Shown: positions 18,149-35,253 of the stretch, piece after piece | How the letters are laid out: every line of letters begins with the position of its first letter | How positions within the stretch are numbered: position 1 is the first letter of the stretch | Source of the DNA: the human T2T-CHM13v2.0 reference genome, Homo sapiens | NCBI RefSeq assembly: GCF_009914755.1 | Contig: NC_060929.1 | Length of the DNA stretch: 64,000 bases | Direction: 5' to 3' (one strand) | Notes under the pieces: generated by a model | Told to the model about the DNA's origin: nothing | What the model saw: the letters and a program-made list of their open reading frames with translations, nothing else | The model's database searches: none | Translations under genes and position numbers: made by a program

Positions 18149-18850
18149 AGGACGCAGGTGCACTTTTGATACAATGGCAGCCTGGGAGATGCAGATTCCA
18201 GAGGGAATCCAGATGCAGATTCCAGAGGGCAGGCACCATGTTTCTGACCACCCTCTTCATCCGTACTCACATACCTGCTAGACAGTGGATCGGGATGCAC
18301 TGGTGGCTGCTGCCCCTCATTGCACACCAAGCAGAACATGATCTATTGCCTACAGATCAGGGTGGAAAATCACTACTGGCTGTAAATACCCTATTGACCT
18401 TGGAGCAGCAGCATGGCCATGCTGCTGCAGTGTGCAGGGCAGAGGCCATGGAGGCCATGAAGGTGGCCAATACTTCCAAGGTCCCCCAACATAGATCTGT
18501 TGTAGACAAGATTGACCATCTCAATGTCATCCAGAAATGGTCCTAACTCTGAGTCATTACCTTTTGATTTTATAGATCGCGAGGCTGCCCCATTGTTACT
18601 GGGTACCAGAACTACAAATCTGTAGCTTATATAAAAATGTGAGCCTTTAGACCAGATACTTATTTAAACAAACAAATATGAGCATCGTGGTCTGCATATA
18701 GAATATTCGGGCTCTAAACTTCTCAATACTTAAAAGTCCAATTATTCTCCGACTGTGTTTCTTGTTTATTTAGCCTGATATGCAGATGGGGATTTCCTGA
18801 GTCACAGATAATGTAAAACATATTTTGAATGAAAGTTTTAATAAAGCCAC
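18149..18850 (+). pseudogene. MRPL57P: processed pseudogene of mitochondrial ribosomal protein MRPL57 (MRP63); CDS-equivalent 18238-18546; outer boundaries approximate
   Basis: translation MFLTTLFIRTHIPARQWIGMH...EQQHGHAAAVCRAEAMEAMKVANTSKVPQHRSVVDKIDHLNVIQKWS aligns with recalled MRPL57 [21 protein letters not shown]...[46 protein letters not shown]; the middle (TKQNMI...ENHYWL*IPY) lies in a shifted frame; many CpG-decay changes; AATAAA at 18840-18845. Confidence 0.92.
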
Positions 18851-19219
18851 TGGTATGATTAGACATTGTGTCCCCACCCAAATCTCATTTTGAATTGTAA
18901 TCCCCAGGTGTTGAGGGAGAGACCTGGAGGGAAGTGATTAGATCACAAAGGCGGTTTCCCCCAAGCTGTTCTCATGATAGTGAGTGAGTTCTCATGAGAT
19001 CTGATGGTTTTTTATAAGGGGGTCTTCTGCCTTCTCTCTGTCACTCAGTCTCTCCTGCCATCTCGTGAAGAAGATGCCTGCTTCCCCTTCCACCGTGATT
19101 GTAAGTTTCCTGAGGCTTCCCCAGCCATGTGAAACTGTGACTCAATTAAACCTCCTTTGTTTATAAATTACCCAGCCTCAGGTAGTATCTTTATAGCAGT
19201 GTGGGAACAGACTAATACA
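18851..19219 (+). mobile_element. THE1D/MSTA-like MaLR solo LTR
   Basis: tgtgtccccacccaaatctcat...cagactaataca; perfect TSD gccac 18846-18850 / 19220-19224. Confidence 0.93.
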
Positions 19220-22200
19220 GCCACAAACTATGAGTTGGGTTCTTTGCTTAAGTATGAGATGCTTGATGGGGACTTTATCATGCAATATTAATTTGCTTAC
19301 CTTCTTAAGCTTAGATGGTAAATGAGCTTTTTTATTTAAACATACTCCTAAAAATAACATTGTCTTCTGGGATTTGACTACTAAAAGTGAACATTTAAAA
19401 GTAAAAGATATTCTCAGAACTATTTTTTTAAAACAGAGAAAAAAGTGACATTTGAAGAAGAACCTTTGGATATTTTCAGATAAGCAAACTTCTTATCTTC
19501 TCATGATCTGCATTTTAATCTCTAAATGAAGGGGATTAGGGAAGGTGGAGCAAGAAGGCCAAATAGAATCCTTCAGGGTTCCCACAGGAACATCAAATTA
19601 AACAAATATCCATGCAAGCAAACACCTTCATAAGAACCAAAAAAAAAGTGGGTAATCACAGTACCTGGTTTTAACATAATAACAAGGAAAGAGGCATTGA
19701 AGTGGGTAAGACAGACAGTCTTGCATTGTAACACATTCTGCAACCCCAGGCAGGGCAGCATGGAGAAAGAATCCATGGGCTTAGGGAAGAGAAAGTGAAG
19801 TGAGCGTGGGTTTTAGCATTGAAACTCAGAGCCACCTAGTCACAGTGGAATACAACACCAGGCAAAATTCTGCCAGTGCCAACTGAGGGAGCATTTAGAC
19901 CACACAGTCATGGATCAAAGGGGGACTCCTCTGCCCCAGGAAGAGAAAGTCACTTCCTGGCCAACTTCATCACTAGTTGACTAAAGTGACCTGGGGCCCT
20001 GGATAAATCTGAGTGGCAGTTGGGCCATAAGGACTGCAGTCCTTGTGGAAGCCCTGATGCTGCAGTGGACTTGGGGTGTGACAAAGTGCAACAACAGTCG
20101 CAGTGGCCATGATAGTGCCTGAATCACGCCTCCCCCACCTCCCAGCAATGCAGCTCCTGTAGCAACTCCTTTTACTTGGGGGAAGGAGAGGTAAGAGTAC
20201 AGAGGACTTTGTCTTGCAACTTAGGTGCCAACTCAGCCACAGTAAAACAAAGCACCAGGCATATTCCTGAAGCCCCCAATTTCATTTATTTGCTCCTGGA
20301 TGGCGTTTCTAGGTACAACTTCAGCCAGAAGGGAATCCACTGCCCAGATGACAGCTACCCAGTCCCAGCAGGATTCACTAACTGCTGACTAAAGGGGATT
20401 TAGGCCTTAAGTAAATATCTGTGACAGCCAGACTGTGGTGGCCTCAGGCCCTGGGTGAACTCTAGTACTATGCTGGTCTGGAAAGCCATGGGCTTCAGGT
20501 GTGACTCAACATGATGCCAGCTGTGGTGGCCAAAAGAGTGCCTGTGCCATCCCACCCACAACTCCAAGGACAGAAAAAAAAAACTCCCTCACAGAGAAAT
20601 ACTACTTCTGATTGGAGAGAGCAGAGGAAAGAGAGTGAGAGACTTTGCCTGGTAACCCAGGGAATTCTCCTTTTATCTTCCCCAAGTCTACCAAGTCTGT
20701 GTATCTACACAAGTCTGTGTATCTTTTCACATGAGAGGGACTTAAAGAACCCTCTCATGTGAAAATGCTGCAGGGACCACAAGCTTAGGTCACAACACTT
20801 AGTCCCCTTTGAATTATTGGAAAGCCCTCTAAACAAGGACAAATATAAACAAACTCAGACTGCAAAGATTGAAATAAAAACCTGACTTTTCAATGCCCAG
20901 ACATTGACAAATGTTCTCAAGGATCAAGAACATTCAGGAAAACATGACCTCACCAAATGAACTAAAAAAGGCATCTGTGACCAATCCTGGAGTGATGATG
21001 ATATGTGACCTCTCAAGCAGGGAATTCAATATAGCTGTGTTGAGGAAGCTCAATCATCTCAAGGTAACACAGAGAAAAAATTCAGAATTCTATTATACAA
21101 ATGTAACAAAGAGATTGAAATAAAAATTTAAAAAAAATCAAGTAGAAATTCTTGAACTGAAAAATTCAATTAACAAGCTAAAAAAATGCATTAGAGCCTC
21201 TCAATGGCAGAATTGCTTGAGCAGAAGAAAAACATTAATGAGCTTGAATACAGGCTATATAAAAATACACAATCAGAAGAGAAAATAAGAATGAAAAAGA
21301 ATGAAACACATATACAAGATTCAGAAAATAGTCTCAAGAAGGCAATTCTAAGAGTTATCGGCCTTAAAGAGAGAGAATGGGGTAGAAAGTATATTCAAGA
21401 AAATAATAACAGAGAATGTTTCAAACCTGGAGAAAGATATGAATATCCAGTTACAAGAAGGTCAAAGAACACTGGGCAGATTCAACCCAAATAAGACTAT
21501 TTCAAGTCATGTAACAGTCACCATCAAAAGTCAAAGACAAAGAAAAAATTCTAAAAGCAGCGAAAGAAAAAAAAACAACATATAAATGAGCTCTGATAAC
21601 GTTGACAGTCAACTTCTCAGAGAAAGTCTTAAGAGCTAGGAGGAAGTGGGATGACATATTCAAAGTGTTGAAAGAAAAAAACTTTTCAACCTAGAATAGT
21701 ATATCTAGCAAAAATTATCCTTCAAACATGAAGAAGAGTTTTCCAGACCAAAAAAACTGACAGATTTTTTTCAACACGAGACCTCTCTTAAAAAAATGCT
21801 AAAGGAAGGTAGTCAATGTGAAAGAAAAGAACATTAATGAGCAACAAGAAATCATCTGAAGTTGTAAAACTCGCTGGTAAAAGTAAGTACACAGACAAAT
21901 ACAGAATATTCTAACACTGTAACTGCAGTATGTAAATCACTCATATCTTTAAATAAAAGATAAACCTATCAAAAATAATAGCTACAACAATTTTTTAAAA
22001 GAGATAGACAATATAAAAAGATAAAAGAGAAAAAAACTCAAAAAGCAGGGAGGGGATGATGGAATTTAAAGTGTGAAGTTTTTTAGTTTCCTCTTTGATT
22101 TTTTTATTTTCTTTGTGATCAGAGTTAAATTGTCATTGGTTTAAAATAATTGGTTATAAGGGATTATTTGCAAGCCCTATTTATGGTCATCACAAAATAA

Positions 22201-25200
22201 ACATCTACAACAGATACACAAAAAATAAAAAGCAAGAAAATAAAACACACTACCAGAGAAAATCACTTTTGCAAAAAGGAAGACAGAAAGAAGGAAAAAA
22301 AGGAAGAGAGTACCAACAAAACAACCCGAAAACAAATTTTTAAAATGGCAGTAGTAAGTCTCTAAATATCAATAATAACATTGATTGTCTAATTAAAAAC
22401 ATACAGTGTGGTTTAATGGATTAAAAAATAAGACTTAACTCTGTGCTCTTTGCTGCCTACAAGAAATCCACTTCATCTAAAAAGGCACAAATAGACTGAA
22501 ATAGAAGGAATGTAAAAAAAAAAAATTCCATGCAAATGGAAACCAAAAAAGAGTAGAAGTAGCTATACTTATATCAGATAAAATAGATTTCAAGACATAA
22601 AGTGTATAAAGAGACAAAAGGTCACTAATAATGATAAAGGGGTCAAATCAGCAAAACAATATAATTATTGTAAATATGTATGCATTCAATGCTGGAGCAC
22701 CCAGACACACAAAGCAAATATTATTAGAACTAAAGAAAAAGATAGATTCCAATACAGTAATGCCCCAACACCCGATTTTTAGCAATGCACAAGTTATTGA
22801 AACAGAAAATCAACAAGGATACAATAAACTTAACCTGTAACACAGACCAAATGGACATAATAGATACTCACAGAACATACATTTAACAGCTGCAGAATAC
22901 AAGTCCTTCTCCTCAGCACATAAAACATTCTCAAGGATAAACCATATGTTAGACAACAAAACAATTATCAAAATTCTTTTTAATTACAGTCATATCAAGT
23001 CGTTTTTCTTACCACAATGGAACAAAACTAAAAGTTAATAAGAAGAGGAACTTTGAAACTATGAAATACATACAAATTAAACAATATTTTTCAAATAAAC
23101 ATTAGGGCAATGAAAAAATAAGAAGGAAATTTTAAAAATCAAGCCATAAAAGAAAACTGAAACACAACATACAAAACCTATAAGATAGAGCAAAAGCTGT
23201 ACTAAGAAATTTATAGCAATAAATGCCTATAAGAGGGAAAATTAAGAAGGAAATTTTAAAAATCATACTATAAATAAAAATTAAAGAAAAATTTAAAAAA
23301 TAATGTTATAAATGAAAATGGGAACACAGCATACCAAAACCTATGGGATAGAGCAAAACAGTACTAAGAGAGAAGTTTATAGCAATAAATGCCTACATCA
23401 AAAAAAAAACAGAAAAACTTCAAATAAACAACACAGCGCATCTTAAAGAACTAGAAAAGCAAGTGCAAACCAAACTCAAAATTAGAAGAAGAAAAAAATG
23501 AAGATCAGAGCAGAAATAAATGAAATTGATGCTAAAATAACAATAACAAAATAACAAAAGATCAGCAGGACAAAAAGTTGGTTTATTGGGGTAAACAAAA
23601 CTGACAAGCCTTTATCCATACCAGGGGAAAAAAAAATAGAAGACCCAAATAAATAAAATCAGAGATGAAAAGGGAGATATTATAACTGATACTACAGAAA
23701 TTTAAAGGATCATTAGAGACTATTAAGCAATTATATGACAATAAATTGAAAACACTTAGGAGAAATGAATAAATTCCTAGATACACACAACCTACCTACA
23801 TTGAACCATGAAAAAATCTAAAACCTTAATAGACCAATAACAGGTAACAACCTAGAAGCAGTAATAAAAGGCTCCCATGAAGACAAAAAAAGTCCAGGAC
23901 CTGATTGTTTCACTGCAAGAACTAATACCATTTTGACTCAAACTATTCCAAAAACATGAGGAGAAGGGAATACTTTGAAACTCATCCTACAAAGTCATTA
24001 TTACCCTGATACCAAAACCAAAGACACAACAACAAAAAAGAAAATTTCAAACCAATATAGTTGATAAACATAGATGCAAAAATCTTCAACAAAATACTAG
24101 CAAACCAAATTCAATGATACACTAAAAAGATCATTCACCAAGATCAAGTGGGATTCATCCCAGTGATACAAGGATGGGTCAACATAGGCAAATCAATAAA
24201 TGTGACACATCATATCAACAAAATGAAGGACACAAACCATATGGTCATTTCAATAAATGCCAAAAAAGCATTTGATAAAATTCCATATACTACCTTGATA
24301 AAAACTTTCAACAAACTGGATACAGATGAAACATGGTGGAACATGATAAAAGCCATATATGACAGACCCATAAAGAGTATCACATTGAATGAGGAAAAAG
24401 ACCCTCTTGTAAGATCTGAAGCAAGACAAGGATGCCAACTTTCACCACTGTTATTCAACATAGAACTGGAAGTCCTAGCTAGAGAAATCAGACAAGAGAA
24501 AGAAACAAAGGGCATCAAAATTGGAAAGAAAAACATCAAATTATCCATGTGTGCAGACAATCTGACATTATATTTAGAAAAACCTAAAGATCCCATCAAA
24601 AAAACCATTAGAACTGATAAACAAACACAGTAAAGTTGCAGGACACAAAATCGACATGCAAAAATCTGTAGTTTTTGTATATGTCGACAGCAAATCATCT
24701 GAAAAAGAAACCAAAAAGGTAATCCCATTTATGATAGCTATGAATAAGATAAAATACTTAGGATTTAACTTAACCAAAGAAGTGAAAGATCTGTACAATG
24801 AAAACTACAAAACATTGATGAAAGTAATTAAAGAGGAAACAAAGAAAATGAAACATATTCCATGTTTATAGGTTGGAATAATCAATATTGTTAAAATCTC
24901 CATATTACTCAAAGCAATCTACAGATTCATGCAATCTCTATAAAAAATGATATTCTGCACAGAATTTTTTTAATCATAAAATATGTATAGAACCACAAAA
25001 GACATTCAACAGCCAAAGCAAACCTGAGCAAAAAGAAAAAGGTTAGAAGTGTCACATTACTTAACTTCAAATAATACTACAAAGCTATAGTAACCAAAAC
25101 AACATGGAACTGGCATTGAAAACAAGACACATAGACCAATGGAATAGAATAGAGAACCCAGAAATAAATCCATGAATTTACAGTTGTAATAGTCCTTTTT

Positions 25201-25512
25201 CACACTGTGGAATTATATGGTTTGGCTCTATGCCCCACCTAAATTTCATCTTGATTTGTAATCCCCATAATCCCCATGTGTGGAGGGAGAGACCTGGTAG
25301 GAGGTGATTGGATCATGGGGGCAGTATCCCTTATGCAGTTTGTGTGATAGGGAGTGAGTTCTCATGAGATCTGATGGTTTTATCAGCATCTGACATTTCC
25401 CCTGCTTTCATTCTCTCTCTCTTACCTGTCCCCTGCTTTCCCTTCATGCCTCCCCAGCCATGCAGAACTGTGAGTCAATTAAACCTCTTTTCTTTATAAA
25501 TTACCCAGTCTC

Positions 25513-28046
25513 CTGAATACAGCACACCGATGGGTCTTGACTCTTTATCCAATTTGGCAGTCTGTATCTTTTAATGGGGGCATTCAGTCCGTTTACATTT
25601 CAGGTTATTATTGTTATGAGTGAATTTGATCTATGATGCTAACTGGTTATGGTGCCGTTAATTGATGCAATTTCTTCATAGTGTTGATGGTCTTTACAAT
25701 TTGGTATGTTTTTGAAGTGGCTGGTACAGGTTTTTCCTTTCCATATTTAGTGCTCCCTTTAGGAGCTCTGGTAAGGCAGGCCTGGTGGTGACAAAATCTC
25801 TCAGCATTTGCTTCTCAGTAAAGGATTTTATTTCTCCTTCACTTAGGAAGCTTAGTTTGGCTGCATATGAAATTCTGGGTTGAAAATTCTTTTCTTTAAG
25901 AATGTTGGCTACCACTCTCTTCTGGTTTGTAGGGTTTCTGCAGAGAGATCCACTGTTAGTCTGATGGGCTTCCCTTTGTGGGTAACCCGACCTTTCTCTC
26001 CATCTGTCCTTAACATTTTTTCCTTCATTTCAACTTTGGTGAATCTAATGATTATGTGTCTTGGGGTTGCTCTTCTTGAGGAGTATCTTTGTGGTGTCCT
26101 CTGTATTTCCTGAATTTCAGTGTTGGCCTGTCTTGCTAGGTTGGGGGAGTTCTCCTGGATAATATCCTGAAGAGTGTTTTCCAACTTAGTTCCATTCTCC
26201 CTGTTGCTTTCAGGTACACCAATCAAACACAGGTTTGTTCTGTTCACATAGCCCCATATTTCTTGGAGGCTTTCTTTGTTTCTTTTCACAGTTTTTTCTC
26301 TAATCTTGTACTCGCACTTTATTTCATTAAGTTGATCTTCACTCTCTGATATTTTTTCTTCTGTTTGTTTGATGCTGCTACTGATACTTGTGTATGCTTC
26401 ATGAAATCCTTGTGCTGTGTTTTTCAGCTCCATCAGGTCATTTATTTTCTTCTCTAAATGGGTTATTCCAGGTAGCAATTAGTCTAACCTTTTTTCAAGG
26501 TTCTTAGCTTCCTTGCATTGGGTTAGAACATGCTCTTTAGCTCTGAGGAGTTTGTTATTACCCACCTTCTGAAGGCTACTTCTGTCAATTCATCAAACTC
26601 ATTCTCCATCCAGTTTTGTTCCAATGCTGGCGAGGAGTTGTGATCCTTTGGAGGAATAGAGATGTTCTGGTTTTTGGAATTGTCAGCGTTTTTATGCTGA
26701 TTTTTCCTCATCTTCATGGATTTATCTACTTTTGGTCTTTGATGTTAGTGACCTTCAGATGGGGTTTTTGTGTGGATATTCTTTTTGTTGATGTTGACAG
26801 TATTCCATTCTGTTTGTTAGTTTTCCTTCTAACAGTCAGTCCCCTCTGCTGCCGGTCTGCTGGAGTTTTCTGGAGATCCACTCCAGATCCTGTTTGCCTG
26901 GGTATCACCAGCAGAGGTGCAGAAGATCAAAGATTGCTGCCTGTTCCTTCCTCTGGAAGCTTCATCTCAGAGGAGCATCCGCCAGATGCCAGCCGGAGCA
27001 CTCCTGTATGAGGTGTCTGTCAACACCTGCTGAGAGGTTTCTCCCACTTAGGAGTCATGGGGGTCAGGGACCCACTTGTGGAGCCAGTCTGTTGCTTAGC
27101 AGAGCTCAAGCACTGTGCTAGGAGATCTGCTGCTCTCTTCAGTGTTGGCAGGCAAGAATGTTTAAGTCTGCTGAAGCTGCACCCACAGCTTCCCATTCCC
27201 CCAGGAGCTCTGTCCCAGGGAGATGGGAGTTTTATCTATAAACCCCTGACTGGGGCTGCTGCCTTTCTTTCAGAGATGCCCTGCCCAGAGCGGAGGAATC
27301 TAGAGAGGCAGTCTGACTGCAGTGGGTTTGTCGAGCTGTGGTGGGCTCCACTCAGTTCGAACTTCTTGGTGGCTTTGTTTACACTGTGAGGGAAAAACCA
27401 CCTACTGAAGCCTCAGTAATGCCGGATTTCCCTCCCCCAAACCAAGTTGGAACATCCCAGGTTAACTTCAGACTGTTGTGCTGGCAGCGAGAATTTTAAG
27501 CCAGTGGATCTTAGCTTGCTGGGCTCTGTGGGGATGGGATCCACTGAGCAAAACTACTTGGCTCCCTGGCTTCAGGCTCCTTCCAGGGGAGTGAACACTT
27601 CTGTCTTGCTGTTGTTCCAGGTGCCACTGGGGTATGAAAAAACTCCTGCAGCCAGCTCGGTGTCTGCCCAAACAGCCACCCAGCTTTGTGCTTGAATCCC
27701 AGGGCACTGGTGGTGTAGGCACCGGAGGGAATCTCCTGGTCTGCAGGTTGTGAAGATGGTGGGAAAAGCATAGTATCTGGGTCAGAATGCACCCTCCCAC
27801 ATGGCACAGATCCTCACAGCTTCTCTTGCAAGGGGAGGGAGTTCCCCGACCCCTCATGCTTCCTGGGTGAGGCAATGCCTGACTCTGCTTCATCTTGCCC
27901 TCCGTGGGCTTCATGTACTATCTAACTAGTACCAATGAGATGAGCCGGGTACCTCAATTGGAAATGCAGGAATCACCCACCTTCTGCATTGATCTCATGG
28001 GGTGCTGCAGACTGAAGCTGTTCCTATTCGGCCATCTTGCCAGCCA
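25513..28046 (-). mobile_element. inverted 5' part of a full-length L1PA7-like element (5'UTR, ORF1, start of ORF2)
   Basis: minus strand begins ggctggcaagatggccgaataggaacagc; ORF1 fragments 26523-26717, 25909-26478, 25694-25915 (frameshifted). Confidence 0.95.
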
Positions 28047-28050
28047 CACC

Positions 28051-31969
<3,919 letters not shown>

Positions 31970-33778
31970 ATAAATTACCCAGTCTCAGAAGTTCTTTATA
32001 GCAGTGTGAAAAATGAACTAATACAATAGTCAACACATTTTTGAGAATGGCTCCAAGAATATACATGGAGGAAAGAATAGTCTCTTCAATAAATGGTGCC
32101 AGGGAAACTGGATATTCATATGCAGAAAAAGGAAACTAGACCCCTATCTCTCCCCATATACAAAAATCAAATCAAAATGGATTAAAGACTTAATCCATGA
32201 CTTCAAACTATAAAACTACTACAAGAAAACATAGGGGAAAATCTCCAGGATATTAGAGTGGGAAAAGACTTGAGTAATACATCCCACAGACACAGGCAAC
32301 CAAAGCAAAAATAGACAAATGGGATAACATCAAGTCAAGCTTCTGTGCAGCATAGGAAATCATAAACAAACTGAAGAGACAACCCACAGAATGGGAGAAA
32401 ATATTTGCATACTACCCATCTAACAAGGGATTAATAACCAAAATATATGAGAAGCTCAAACATCTCAACAAATAATTTGACTAGAAAATGGGCAAAAGAT
32501 CTACGTAGCCATTTCTCAAAAGAAGACATACAAATGGCCAACAGGTATATGAAAAAATGTTCAACATTGCTACTCATCAGAGAAATGCAAATCAAAACTA
32601 CAATGAGACATCATCTGACCCCAGTTAAAATGGCTTTTATGCAAAAGACAGGTAATAATGAATGCTGGCAAAGATGTAACAAAAGGGGAACTTCCATACT
32701 CTGTGGGAATACAAGTAGTACAGCCACTCTGAAGAACAGTATGGAGGTTTCTAAAAAAACTATGAACAGAACTACCATATGATCCAGGAATTTCACTCCT
32801 GGGTATACATCCCAGTGAAAGGAAATTAGTATTATCTAAGAAATAGCTCCATTCCCATGTTTATTGCAGCACTATTCACAATCACCAAGATATGCAATCA
32901 AAGTGTCCATCGTCAAATGATTGGATAAAGAAAAGTGTGGTACATACACACAATGGAATATTATTCAGCAATAAAAAAATGAAATCTTGTCATTTTCCAA
33001 AATACAGTGGAACTAGGGAATATTATGTTTATTGAAATACAAGTATCACATATTCTCACTCACAGGTGGAAGCTGAAAAAAAAAATTGAACTCATGGAGA
33101 TAGAAAGTAGAATGACGGCTACCAGAGGATGGGAAGAAAAATGAGGCCTGGGACAAAGAGGGGATGGTTAATGGGTACAAAAATACACTGAGATAGAAGG
33201 AATGAGATCTAGTGTTCAGGAACACAACAGGTGACCATAGTTAAAAATAATTTATTGTATATTTCAAAATAACTAAAGGAGTGAAATTAGAATGTTCCTA
33301 ATACAAAGAAGTGATAAATGCTTGAGGTGGTGGATATCCCAGTTACTCTGATTTGATCATTACACATTGTATGCTTGTATCAAAAACCCACATGTACACC
33401 AAAAACATATACAACCATTACGTATCCATAATAATTTAAAACAACTTTTAAAAAATCATAATAGTAATAAATAAAGGGCAACAACCATATAATGTTTGAA
33501 GTCTCCCGAAACCCTAACATCCCCAGAATCTATGGTTGATTCTTCTTGGGAGGGAAAATTACTATATTCTAGGCATCTGCCTTTGAAAACGGTATTCTTC
33601 AAGCTGTATAGCCTCTGAGCTACATATTGTTTTCACATCAATGTGATTTATCTCCTAAGCTATATTTTAAAAGCATTGAATTCCAGGATATTTCACCATA
33701 CTTTAATCACATATACCTTTCTTCCTTGCACAGTATATATACTTCAGAAATACCCATCTAAAGATTCACTAGGCATGG

Positions 33779-33963
33779 GGCTGGGCTCGGTGGCTCACAC
33801 CTGTAATGCCAGCACTTTGGGGGGCCGAGGCGGGTGGATCACAAGGTCAGGAGTTCAAGACCAGCCTGACCAGCATGGTGAAATCCCATCTCTACTAAAA
33901 ATAAAAAAAAAATTATCTGGGCATAGTGGTGCACGCCTGTAGTCACAACTACCTGGGAGGCTG
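33779..33963 (+). mobile_element. 3'-truncated AluS (AluSg-like)
   Basis: left monomer, middle A tract and ~50 bp of the right monomer, then an abrupt end with no tail. Confidence 0.92.
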
Positions 33964-34024
33964 GCTTTGTTATTTCAATCCTAGTATAATTAAACTAAAA
34001 CACAAACAAAGAAAGAAAAAATAC

Positions 34025-34355
34025 AGGACAGTCAGAGAGATGGGAGCACTGGATATTTAATGATGCTAAACAATAACTGTGATTTTTATGGGTGGGGGCG
34101 AGTTGAAGGAGGGTGTGATAACAATATTGGTTTTTTTAAAAGCAGAATTCCTATCGTTTATGTTGAAAATTTTACAGATGAAGCTATATGAAATGCAGGG
34201 TTTTCTTCAAAATAATCTACAAAAGGGAAGATTACTAAATAGTTAATAATGTGAACAAATTTAGAAATGGGTTGACAATTGTTTAAACTGTTGATAGGTA
34301 TTTGGGGTATCATATTTCTGTATCTACTGTTGTATATGTTTTACATTTTCATAAG
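34025..34355 (+). mobile_element. old L1ME-type 3'UTR fragment
   Basis: ctggatatttaatgat...tgtgataacaatattgg...ttcaaaataatc...ttgtatatgttttacattttcataa. Confidence 0.6.
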
Positions 34356-35235
34356 ATTTTTTTTTTTTACAAAAAGAAATACGTGTTGGCTGAGAAGACT
34401 CTGCAGCTCTTTGGATGCTTCACATACATGGACTGCACTGATGAGAGAAAATTACCAAAAAAGAAGGAGGAGGAGGAGAAGGAGGAGGAGGACAAGAACA
34501 AGAAGAACAAGAACAAAAAGGGAGGAGAAACCTAAGAACAAAAAGAGCATCAGAAAAATATTAAAGAAACTTAGATCTAAAGCTGTTCTTTGATTTAAAA
34601 AAAAAAATTAAAGGGAAAAACTCTAATAGTGCTCTAGGGGTGGGTCAACCACATAAAATTCACCTGCAACATGCTTTTGGTGTGATTCATTAACTCAGAG
34701 ATGGTTTCCAGAATACTATTACCTTTGATGGGGTTCAGGACATGCTACCCCAAACTAGGACACTGTGGCAAACTGAATATTTTTAGCTGAAGGAATTTGA
34801 GAAACGACAGATGCTGGAAGGACTTTCTGACCTACTTTCCTGAAGCAGGTCATAAGACCTTCCTGTGAGAGGTGCCCTCACTATACCCAAAGGAAAGGAG
34901 TCTCCTTACATCTGAAGATGGAGAAATGCCAAAAGGAATCTTAATGAATAAGCCTTACTAAGTTTCCTCCAGTTTACTCCACTTAGCTCATACCCTTTTG
35001 TCCTATTACATTTTTCCCATAACTCTCTATTCTTAATCAAACTTAGTATAAAAACGCTTCGGCTTAACCATTTATTAGGGGTCTTCATTTCCTTATGAAG
35101 CTCCCATGTCACATAAAACATATACTAAATGAATTCATATGATCTTTTCCTGGTAATCTGTCTTTTGTTATAAAACCACAGATGAGAACCTAGAAGGGCA
35201 GAATGAAAAGATTTTTCTCCCTCTCCTACAGTTTT

Positions 35236-35253
35236 TGTTGACCACAAAGAGGC
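35236..35253 (+). promoter_or_regulatory. degenerate primer-binding site, probably tRNA-Arg type
   Basis: tgttgaccacaaagaggc vs recalled tggcgaccacgaagggac (13/18), 5 nt after the 5'LTR. Confidence 0.5.

Noticed and set aside
18118-18237. N-terminal extension of ORF 18118-18546
   Set aside because: Starts at a TTG in flanking DNA and runs through an A tract and the 5'UTR duplication; homology starts at ATG 18238
19427-19446. Possible 3' TSD of the MRPL57 retrocopy (tttaaaacagagaaaaaag vs tttaaaaaaagaaaaaaag near 18132-18150)
   Set aside because: Low-complexity A-rich match, too weak to fix the boundary without aligning to the mRNA
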